Shown here in pieces: positions 55,332-62,071 of a DNA stretch of 64,000 nucleotides. The stretch is taken from NCBI GenBank assembly GCA_963801105.1, contig CAWDDH010000003.1, forward strand, positions 309,135 through 373,134, given 5' to 3'. Position 1 is the stretch's first letter. Each line of letters begins with the position of its first letter. The notes below the pieces were generated by a model, which was not told the DNA's origin, made no database searches, and saw nothing but the letters and a program-made list of their open reading frames with translations. The stretch is from an uncultured Acidimicrobiia bacterium (lineage in GTDB: Bacteria > Actinomycetota > Acidimicrobiia > IMCC26256 > JAENVU01). The translations under genes and the position numbers were made by a program.

Positions 55332-55961
55332 TCAGGAGCCCGGTGGCAGCACCGCGTCACTGACGATTGCGAGATTCTGCTCGGAGTCGCTGCCGAGTGA
55401 ACCACCGCCGAGGTGAAGCATCGAGCGGTGCAATAGCCACAGCTCCGGAAGGATCTCGGTCAAGAGGCGGCCCCCTGCGTAGATCCGCACGACGGAGCTC
55501 TCCGACACCACGATCGCGATCGCGCCGGTACTCGCCGAGATGGACGCTGCCGCGAGGTGCCGCGTCCCGAGTCCGAGCGGCTGCTCGCGCTGGGACAACG
55601 TCGACTCGAAGTAGCGGCATGCGGACAACACCACCCCGTCGTTGGCGACCACGAACCCGCCGTCGAGCTGGGCGAGCTCTTTGATCGTCTCGCGCACACC
55701 GGGGTCGTCGATTCGCGGGCCGCCATCGACATGGCCGGCGAGCGGGTCGAGGATCAGGCAGCGACTGTGCCGGAACACCGCATCCTGGTCGCCGACGGTA
55801 AACAGGGTTCCGACCCGATGACCCTCGCGACCCTCGCGCGCGATCTCGATCGCCAATTCCGCGACTGCCTGGAGCACATCGACCGTCGTTCCTGCGTCAC
55901 GCAGCTCGATGTCATCGAGCACGGCGGTGAGCGACGTCGGCGTCGTCTCCACGGTCACCAC
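55332..55961 (-). CDS. stand-alone diadenylate cyclase (DAC/DisA_N) domain protein, motif variants DGG and RHL
   Basis: 209 aa with a GTG start in a GTGGTGA overlap with the recombinase stop. GTLFTVGD, LDGGFVVANDG (canonical hDGAvi), LGLGTRHLAAASIS (canonical GTRHRAA) and IVVSESSVVRIYAGG match DAC-domain order and spacing. Confidence 0.7.
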   Translation of the reverse strand: MVTVETTPTSLTAVLDDIELRDAGTTVDVLQAVAELAIEIAREGREGHRVGTLFTVGDQDAVFRHSRCLILDPLAGHVDGGPRIDDPGVRETIKELAQLDGGFVVANDGVVLSACRYFESTLSQREQPLGLGTRHLAAASISASTGAIAIVVSESSVVRIYAGGRLLTEILPELWLLHRSMLHLGGGSLGSDSEQNLAIVSDAVLPPGS

Positions 55962-56788
55962 CGCGTGGGCCCGACGTCCGCGTCGAGGTATCGCCTGGTG
56001 GTTCGGACGTCGACATGGCCGGCCTGGCGCTGGATGTCCTCGATCGAGTCGCCGCTCGCGTGCGCGGCGACGATGTACCGGCGCCGCAGCGTGTTGCCCG
56101 AGACGGGGCCAGTGACCCCCGCGACGCGTGCGACCTCCTTGATCACATAGTCGATTCCGAAACGAGAGAGCCGGTCCGAGCGCCGGGCCCGCCCCTGGCT
56201 CAGCAGCAGCGGGCCGCTCCGTCGGCGCGCGAGGTAGGCATGGACGACGGTCGCGGTGTCCGGATGGAGCGGGATCTCTCGCTTCCCGACCGTGAGCGCC
56301 ATGGCCGGTGGGCGGCCGGATACGTCGTTCGCGTCTGCCGCCGCGACCTCACCGACCTTCAGCCCGTCGAGCATCAGCAGCCGGACGAGGACCGCGCTCC
56401 GTCGGGCGATGCCATCGGCAGCTTCGAGGAGCGCCGCGGCCTCTTCGTCGTCGAGGACCTCGGTCGCGCTCTTGGATCCGACCGCCGGCCGAGCGATGTC
56501 GGAGAACGCGGCCTCGCCGCTCGCGGTGGCGTAGACGCCGAAGGATGCCACTGCCGAGAGCCGTCTCGCGGTCGTCGCCGCGCTGACGCCCGTTCGTTCG
56601 ACCGCGTTCCGGTACCGGCGCAGCGACCCGACATCCGCGGTGAGCGGATCGATCTGCTGGTCCCGGCACCAGGCGAGGAACCGGTCGAGATCCGCGGTGT
56701 ACGCGGCACGCGTGTTCTCGGACCGCTGGGTGGCGAGCCATTCCGCCCGGAGAACCTCGATGGTGGACCGTCGGGTGCCACGCGCCAT
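55955..56788 (-). CDS. tyrosine recombinase-like protein (XerC/D-like fold) with apparently non-canonical catalytic residues
   Basis: 277 aa from MARGTRRST (ATG at 56788).
- N-terminal SAM-like domain: TRAAYTADLDRFLAWC.
- C-terminal catalytic-domain layout: LMLDGLKVGE (canonical TGLRxxE, so Arg to Lys), VGKREIPLH, GNTLRRRY (canonical HxLRH, so His to Asn), AGHVDVRTTRRY (His and Tyr present).
- Alignment was done by eye. Confidence 0.75.
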   Translation of the reverse strand: MARGTRRSTIEVLRAEWLATQRSENTRAAYTADLDRFLAWCRDQQIDPLTADVGSLRRYRNAVERTGVSAATTARRLSAVASFGVYATASGEAAFSDIARPAVGSKSATEVLDDEEAAALLEAADGIARRSAVLVRLLMLDGLKVGEVAAADANDVSGRPPAMALTVGKREIPLHPDTATVVHAYLARRRSGPLLLSQGRARRSDRLSRFGIDYVIKEVARVAGVTGPVSGNTLRRRYIVAAHASGDSIEDIQRQAGHVDVRTTRRYLDADVGPTRW

Positions 56789-56812
56789 CCGCGGATCCTG
56801 CCAGAGCACCTC

Positions 56813-56846
56813 TTGACAGTCAACATAATCACGGACATTATGTTGA
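56813..56846. promoter_or_regulatory. divergent promoter region with a perfect 10-bp inverted repeat (TCAACATAAT-N7-ATTATGTTGA), a dif-like / operator candidate
   Basis: TTGACA (56813..56818)-17 nt-CATTAT (56836..56841) faces hsp20. The back-to-back TTGACAGTCAA gives a TTGACT -35 for the recombinase strand. The inverted repeat at 56820..56846 covers the spacer and -10 of the hsp20 promoter. This is the most AT-rich stretch of the region. Confidence 0.5.
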
Positions 56847-56887
56847 TTGAACGGCGCCAATTCGGTGCCCCGAACGGAAGGATGCCC

Positions 56888-57319
56888 ATGAGCATGCTGA
56901 TGCGATTCGACCCTCTCCGTGAGTTCGACCGCGTGTTCGACCAGGCCTGGAGTCAGACCCGCGCCGCGAGCGTCCCGATGGACGCCTACCGCCACGGCGA
57001 CAGCTTCGTGCTGAATCTCGACCTGCCGGGTGTCGACCCCGACTCCATCGACGTCACGGTCGAGCGCAATGCGCTGACCATCACGGCCGAGCGGCACTGG
57101 CAGCCCGTGGAGGGCGATCAGGTGGTCGCCACCGAGCGGCGTCACGGCACCTTCAGCCGGCAGGTCTATCTCGGAGAGGGACTCGACTCCGAGGGGATCC
57201 ACGCCACGTACGACCACGGCGTCTTGACCGTGACCCTGCCCGTGGCCGAGCGGTCCAAGCCTCGCCGGATCGAGATCTCGGCGAGCCGTCAGCCGGAGGC
57301 GATCACGACCGGCGCCTGA
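56888..57319 (+). CDS. Hsp20/alpha-crystallin family small heat-shock protein
   Basis: 143 aa (ATG at 56888, GGAAGG 5 nt upstream; alternative ATG at 56882). It has MDAYRHGDSFVLNLDLPGV...ERRHGTFSRQVYL...YDHGVLTVTLPV. Confidence 0.9.
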   Translation: MSMLMRFDPLREFDRVFDQAWSQTRAASVPMDAYRHGDSFVLNLDLPGVDPDSIDVTVERNALTITAERHWQPVEGDQVVATERRHGTFSRQVYLGEGLDSEGIHATYDHGVLTVTLPVAERSKPRRIEISASRQPEAITTGA

Positions 57320-57327
57320 CGTGCAGC

Positions 57328-57373
57328 GTACCGTTCCGACTCCGTCGCCATCCGGCGGCGGTCGGGACGGCAC
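57328..57373. terminator. hairpin between the convergent hsp20 and ABC permease genes (possible bidirectional terminator)
   Basis: GTACCGTTCCGAC-20 nt-GTCGGGACGGCAC: 11 Watson-Crick pairs, one G:U and one mismatch. Confidence 0.35.
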
Positions 57374-57380
57374 GCTCGCG

Positions 57381-58598
57381 TCAGGCCGGGCGGATGGCGT
57401 CCGCCGGTGCGAGGCGGGCCGCGCGCCCTGCAGGCGAGATGCCCGCGATCGCCCCGACCACGATCGCCGCGCCCAGTCCGGCGAACCACGACCAGATCGG
57501 CATCGAGAAGGTGATGTGCTGCACCGCGGCGTAGACCGCGGTGATCACGACACCGAGGCCGACGCCGAGCACCCCGCCCAACGTCGACAGCAACACCGCC
57601 TCCACGAGGAACTGCACCCGCACATGGCCCTTCGTGGCCCCGAGCGCGCGGCGCACGCCGATCTCGGTCCGCCGTTCGAGCACCGAGATGACCATCACGT
57701 TGGCGATGCCGATCCCGCCGACGAGCAGCGCCACCCCACCCAGTCCGAGCAACAACGCGGTGAGCGTGCTGTCGACCTCGTTCTTCGCCTTGATGACGTC
57801 GGACGGACGGGAGACCTGCACCTCGCCCGGGCTCTGCGGGTTCGCGGTCGCCGGCAGTACTGCACGCACCGGGTCCACCTGGGCCGGGTCGGTCACCACG
57901 AACACGCTCGACGGCGCGACCGTCGCGTCGAAGAGCCGCTCCGCGATCGGCAGGCCGATGAACGCCGCGGTGTCGAGGTTCGGGTACAGCGGCGCGGGCT
58001 CGAGGATGCCGACGACGGAGAACCATGTGCCGCCCACGTACACCATCGGGTCGGCATCCAGGTTCAAGAGCCCGAGGGTCGACGCGGCGTCGGATCCGAG
58101 CACGATCGTCGGCTGCGAGACGTCGGCTGCGCTGAGGAACCGCCCGTCCCGGACTCGAGCGCCGATGGTACGGGCGAGGTCGCGGTCGGTGGCCTGCACG
58201 CTGATGCCACCGGTCTCGGACTCGGAGACGTACGGTGACCGGCGGACGGTCGCGCTCACGGTCGTGATCCCGCTCGCCGTCTGCACCGGACCGACGCGCC
58301 GGATCATGACGACGGAGTCCTCGCCGAGGGCGGCCGTGCTTCCGGGCGTGAAGGAGGTACCGGCCTGCACCTCCAGGCGGTTCGTGCCGAGCCGGTCCAG
58401 GCGCCGCGACAGGTCGGCCTGGCTGGACGACGAGATGCCCAGCACGGCGACCAGAGCGGCGATGCCGATGGCGATGCCGGTCGCGGTGAGTGCAGTGCGG
58501 AGCTTGCGCGACCGCAGCCCGACGGTCCCCACGCTCACCGCGTCGCGCGGGAGGAGGCGGCTGCGCAGCTCCGGCGCCGCGACCTTGGTCGCCGTCAT
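57381..58598 (-). CDS. ABC transporter permease, MacB/FtsX-like
   Basis: 405 aa. It has an N-terminal TM, a large periplasmic MacB_PCD-like domain and a C-terminal FtsX 3-TM bundle (RRTEIGVRRALGATKGHV). Confidence 0.85.
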   Translation of the reverse strand: MTATKVAAPELRSRLLPRDAVSVGTVGLRSRKLRTALTATGIAIGIAALVAVLGISSSSQADLSRRLDRLGTNRLEVQAGTSFTPGSTAALGEDSVVMIRRVGPVQTASGITTVSATVRRSPYVSESETGGISVQATDRDLARTIGARVRDGRFLSAADVSQPTIVLGSDAASTLGLLNLDADPMVYVGGTWFSVVGILEPAPLYPNLDTAAFIGLPIAERLFDATVAPSSVFVVTDPAQVDPVRAVLPATANPQSPGEVQVSRPSDVIKAKNEVDSTLTALLLGLGGVALLVGGIGIANVMVISVLERRTEIGVRRALGATKGHVRVQFLVEAVLLSTLGGVLGVGLGVVITAVYAAVQHITFSMPIWSWFAGLGAAIVVGAIAGISPAGRAARLAPADAIRPA

Positions 58599-59338
58599 TC
58601 GTCGACCCGCGTCTCGTCCACGATGCGCCCGTCGCGCAACGTGACCCGGCGCGGGATCGTCAGGGCGAGGGCGGGGTCGTGGGTGATCATCAGGATCGTC
58701 GTGCCGTCCTGGTGCAGCGCGCGCAACACGTCCATGATCGCGTTCCCCGTCGCGCTGTCGAGGTTGCCGGTGGGCTCGTCGGCGAGGACCATCGCCGGTT
58801 CGGCGACGAGGGCCCGCGCGATCGCGACCCGCTGGCGCTCACCGCCCGAGAGCTTGCCGGGCGAGTGCTCGGCGCGGTGCGCCAGCCCGACGCGATCGAG
58901 CATCTCGAGCGCCCGCTCCCGCCGGCGGCGGTGCGCCACGCCGGAGTAGAGGAGCCCGAGCGCCACGTTCTCCTGGGCATCGAGCCCGTCGATGAGGTTG
59001 AACGTCTGGAACACGAAGCCGATGCGCTGCCCGCGCAGCGCGCTCAGCTGCGCGTCGTCGAGCCCGGCGACGTCCTCACCCGCGATCCGCACCGTTCCCG
59101 ACGTCGGGCGATCGAGCGCTCCCACGAGGTTCAGCAGGGTCGACTTTCCCGAGCCCGACGGGCCCACCACCGCGACGAACTCCCCCGACTGCACCGAGAG
59201 GTCCACGCCGCGGAGCGCGTCGACCGGCGGGGTGCTCGGGTAGGTCTTCCCGACGTCGGTGAGCTCGAGAACGCTCACGATGCCCACTCTCGGCCCCGCG
59301 GGCAGAGCCGTTCGGGCCCCGCCCGCCCCGCGCGGCAT
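58595..59338 (-). CDS. ABC transporter ATP-binding protein (MacB/LolD-type)
   Basis: Walker A GPSGSGKST, signature LSGGERQRV, Walker B MVLADEPTGNLD. The start may be the GTG at 59278 (VSVLELTDV) rather than the ATG at 59338. Confidence 0.9.
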   Translation of the reverse strand: MPRGAGGARTALPAGPRVGIVSVLELTDVGKTYPSTPPVDALRGVDLSVQSGEFVAVVGPSGSGKSTLLNLVGALDRPTSGTVRIAGEDVAGLDDAQLSALRGQRIGFVFQTFNLIDGLDAQENVALGLLYSGVAHRRRRERALEMLDRVGLAHRAEHSPGKLSGGERQRVAIARALVAEPAMVLADEPTGNLDSATGNAIMDVLRALHQDGTTILMITHDPALALTIPRRVTLRDGRIVDETRVDE

Positions 59339-59363
59339 CGCGGCACCAACGTCCGGGCCTCGC

Positions 59364-60524
59364 TCACGGCGTGACGACGCGATCGCCGTCGCGGACGTTG
59401 CCCTTCACCTCGACGAAGCCACCCGCGTAGGTCCCGGGCGTGACCGAGACGAGCTGGTGGACACCCCCGCGGACGCGCTCGACCGCGTAGCCGCCCTCGG
59501 CCAGCGCCAGCAGGCTCTTGACCGGGACCGACAGCACGCTCTCCGCCCGGGCCGAGACCAGGTGGACGATCGTCGTGCCACCGTCGAACTTCGAGAGATC
59601 GGCGTCGGGCACGACGATCGTCACCGGCACGGTGGTGGTCGTCTGGGACTGGTTCCCCTGCGCCGCCGACGACGAGCTGCTCGTCGGCGATCCGATCGCG
59701 AAGACGACGCCCTTGACGGACGAGCCGTCGGGCAGGTCGATCGAGAGCGAGTCGCCGGCCTTCACCTCGTTGATCTTCGACGCGTCGAGGTCCACCGAGA
59801 CGAGTGGTGTCGTGCCGGTGACATCGAGGATCGTGCCGGTGGCGCTCGCGCCGAGCGACGCGACCTGGCTGGCGACCCGCACCGGTCCGGACAGGAACAC
59901 GATGTCGGACGGACCGAGCGAGCCCGTCTGGTCGAGACCGTTGGCCGCCTGCCACGCCTCGATGGCCGAGGTCGTCGCGCTGCTGAACGTCTCGTCGACG
60001 GTCATCGATCCCCGAAAGCCGAGTTGCGTCAGCGACTGCTCCAGCTGGAGGACATCCGGACCGTCGGTGACGCCGGCGGTCAGCGTGCGCCACATCGGTC
60101 GCGTGCCCACCATCACGAACACGCTGGGGGTCCCGTCGATCTCGACGAGCGACTGGCCGGGCGCGACGACCGTGCCCACTGCCGGCAGCGCCGTGATGAT
60201 CCCGCTCCCCGAGCTCGAGCTGCTCGTCGCCGCCGTCGACGCGCCGGTGCTGTCGGTCTTCGCCGCGCCGGCGGAGCTCGACGAGTTCGACGATGACGAG
60301 CTGGACGCGCTGATCTGCACCGCGACCGGTGTGCCGAAGCCGACGGTCCCGTCGACGTCGTCGGTCGTCTCGAGTGTCCGGACCCGCACCGGTTGCAGGG
60401 TGACCGACCGGCGAGGCCTCGACGTTGTGGACGACGCGTCGCCGGAGCGCACGACGAGTGCGACCACGAGCCCGGCGACGACGATCGCCCCCGCGCCGAC
60501 GGCCAGGACGCGCGGCCTCGACAT
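59364..60524 (-). CDS. membrane-anchored periplasmic adaptor-like protein (HlyD/MacA-like beta-barrel) with inserted peptidoglycan-binding domain and Ser-rich linkers
   Basis: Start MSRPRVLAVGAG (60524; TGATG 1-nt overlap). It has one TM and poly-Ser tracts. VLQLEQSLTQLGFRGSMTVDETFSSATTSAIEAWQAANGLDQTG resembles PG_binding_1. The C-terminus ...GYAVERV...VSVTPGTYAGGFVEV.G.V..GDRVV is adaptor-like. Confidence 0.65.
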   Translation of the reverse strand: MSRPRVLAVGAGAIVVAGLVVALVVRSGDASSTTSRPRRSVTLQPVRVRTLETTDDVDGTVGFGTPVAVQISASSSSSSNSSSSAGAAKTDSTGASTAATSSSSSGSGIITALPAVGTVVAPGQSLVEIDGTPSVFVMVGTRPMWRTLTAGVTDGPDVLQLEQSLTQLGFRGSMTVDETFSSATTSAIEAWQAANGLDQTGSLGPSDIVFLSGPVRVASQVASLGASATGTILDVTGTTPLVSVDLDASKINEVKAGDSLSIDLPDGSSVKGVVFAIGSPTSSSSSAAQGNQSQTTTTVPVTIVVPDADLSKFDGGTTIVHLVSARAESVLSVPVKSLLALAEGGYAVERVRGGVHQLVSVTPGTYAGGFVEVKGNVRDGDRVVTP

Positions 60525-61228
60525 CAGTTCGTGCTCGCGGCGGTCGAGCTGCTGTTTCCCGAGCCGCCGTTGCCGGACCCACCGTTGCGGGGACCGTCGG
60601 GAGGACCGAAGCCTCCGCCGCCCGGACGACCACGACCGAAGGTTCCGCCGACCTGGCTCTGGCACGCGTCACGGGCCGCCGTGACCGTCGGGTCGTTGCG
60701 GTCGAACGCTCCGCCCCCGGGTGCGTCCCGGTTGAACTGCGGCCGGCCGTTGGCGTCGAAGGTCGGGTCGGGGAAGTCCACGCCCTTCGACCGCATGCAC
60801 TTCGCGAAGGCCAGCAGGTTCTTCCTGGTCTGCGCCTGCTGCTCGGGCGTGAGCTGGAACTGGCCCGCGAAGTCGGGGCGCTTGGACTCGCATGCAGTGC
60901 GCGCCTTGTCGAACGCGGGACTGTCCCGGACGTCCGCGAAGTTCCCGCGGCGTCCCCCACCGTCGAACTGCGGACGCCCGTTCGCGTCGAACTGCGGATC
61001 GGGGAAGTCCACGCCGTTGTCACGCATGCACTGCGCGTACGCCAGGAGCTGCTTGCGGAACGAGGCGGTGCTGGTGGACTTCTGGGACGACGACGCCTTG
61101 CCGTTGCTCCCCGACAGGCTGGCGACGCCTCCGGAGCCGCTTGAACCGCCGCCACAGGCTGTCACCGCGAGGGCGAGCAGGCCGCCCACCACGGCCAGCC
61201 GGGTTCGGGCACCAGGAACTCGGGACAT
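60524..61228 (-). CDS. lipoprotein with two internal ~60-aa Cys-containing repeats and a Gly-rich tail
   Basis: Start MSRVPGARTRLAVVGGLLALAVTAC (ATG at 61228, GGAGG 5 nt upstream). The repeats are LLAYAQCMRDNGVDFPDPQFDANGRPQF and LLAFAKCMRSKGVDFPDPTFDANGRPQF. Confidence 0.65.
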   Translation of the reverse strand: MSRVPGARTRLAVVGGLLALAVTACGGGSSGSGGVASLSGSNGKASSSQKSTSTASFRKQLLAYAQCMRDNGVDFPDPQFDANGRPQFDGGGRRGNFADVRDSPAFDKARTACESKRPDFAGQFQLTPEQQAQTRKNLLAFAKCMRSKGVDFPDPTFDANGRPQFNRDAPGGGAFDRNDPTVTAARDACQSQVGGTFGRGRPGGGGFGPPDGPRNGGSGNGGSGNSSSTAASTN

Positions 61229-61472
61229 CGCTACCTCCAGCGCGGTGGTCACGGGCATCTCGCGTGACACCAGACAGGAAGTGTGACGACCGATTCTGGG
61301 AGTTCCCCGAGTCTGGACGCCGGACCTGTGAGTCCCCTCAGACAGGCGGCCCGCGCCGTCAGGCCCGTGATTCCAGGCCCAGCTTCATGCGCCTCGGAGA
61401 ACTCCCCGAGCAGAAGAACGTGGAGAAGCCGACGACCACTCCGCAGGCCGTCGCGCCCAAAGGCAGGGTCCA

Positions 61473-61509
61473 CGCCCGGGACACGAGCACGCGGCACGCG
61501 TCCCGGGCG
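61473..61509 (-). terminator. 10-bp perfect hairpin downstream of the PLDc_N/SHOCT gene
   Basis: Minus strand: CGCCCGGGAC-17 nt-GTCCCGGGCG, about 46 nt after the stop at 61555. Confidence 0.4.
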
Positions 61510-61554
61510 ACGGACCTGATCCTCCGGCAGCGCCCGTGGGCGTTCCGGTCCGTG

Positions 61555-61950
61555 CTACCCGACGACCTGAGCCTTCAGGCGAGCGAACTCGGCGTCGTCG
61601 ATGACACCCTTCTCCTTCAGGTCGGCCAAGCGCGCCAACTCGTCGGCCGAGCTGGGGGTCGTCCCGGCCGCCTGCTGGATGTACGCGCGCGCGGCCGCGT
61701 CCTGCGCCTGGGCCGCCTCGACCGCGTGCTCACTCATCTTGTGACCTCGGGCGATCAGGTACACGAACACGCCGAGATACGGAACGACGATGACGAACAA
61801 GACCCAAATGGCCTTCGCAAAACCGCCCATGTCGTGGCTGCGGAAGATGTCGGCGAACACCGAGATCAACAGCCAGATCCAGATGAAGAACAGAAAGAAC
61901 CACAGCATGGACAGAAAGACCTGTCCCGACCCGAAATCGCTCGCGATCAT
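61555..61950 (-). CDS. small membrane protein with PLDc_N (phospholipase_D-nuclease N-terminal) and C-terminal SHOCT domains
   Basis: 131 aa. It has two TM segments (FLFFIWIWLLISVFADIF, AIWVLFVIVVPYLGVFVYLI) and ends with ELARLADLKEKGVIDDAEFARLKAQV (SHOCT-like). AGGAG lies 8 nt upstream. Confidence 0.75.
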   Translation of the reverse strand: MIASDFGSGQVFLSMLWFFLFFIWIWLLISVFADIFRSHDMGGFAKAIWVLFVIVVPYLGVFVYLIARGHKMSEHAVEAAQAQDAAARAYIQQAAGTTPSSADELARLADLKEKGVIDDAEFARLKAQVVG

Positions 61951-62071
61951 TGATTCAGCTCCTACTCGCAGCAGATGAAACGAAGCGGCAACGTAGCATC
62001 GGGGTGGAGTCGCCTCAATATTCTGGAATGCATATTGCGAACGCGATCCGGTCTCGCGAGGTTCGAGATCG

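Noticed and set aside
56820-56846. Calling the palindrome the chromosomal dif site or an invertible-promoter switch.
   Set aside because: The spacing between the CATAA/TTATG cores is 9 nt rather than 6. The adjacent recombinase-like protein seems to lack the first catalytic Arg. No second inverted copy exists in the window to bound an invertible segment. It was kept only as a dif-like operator candidate.
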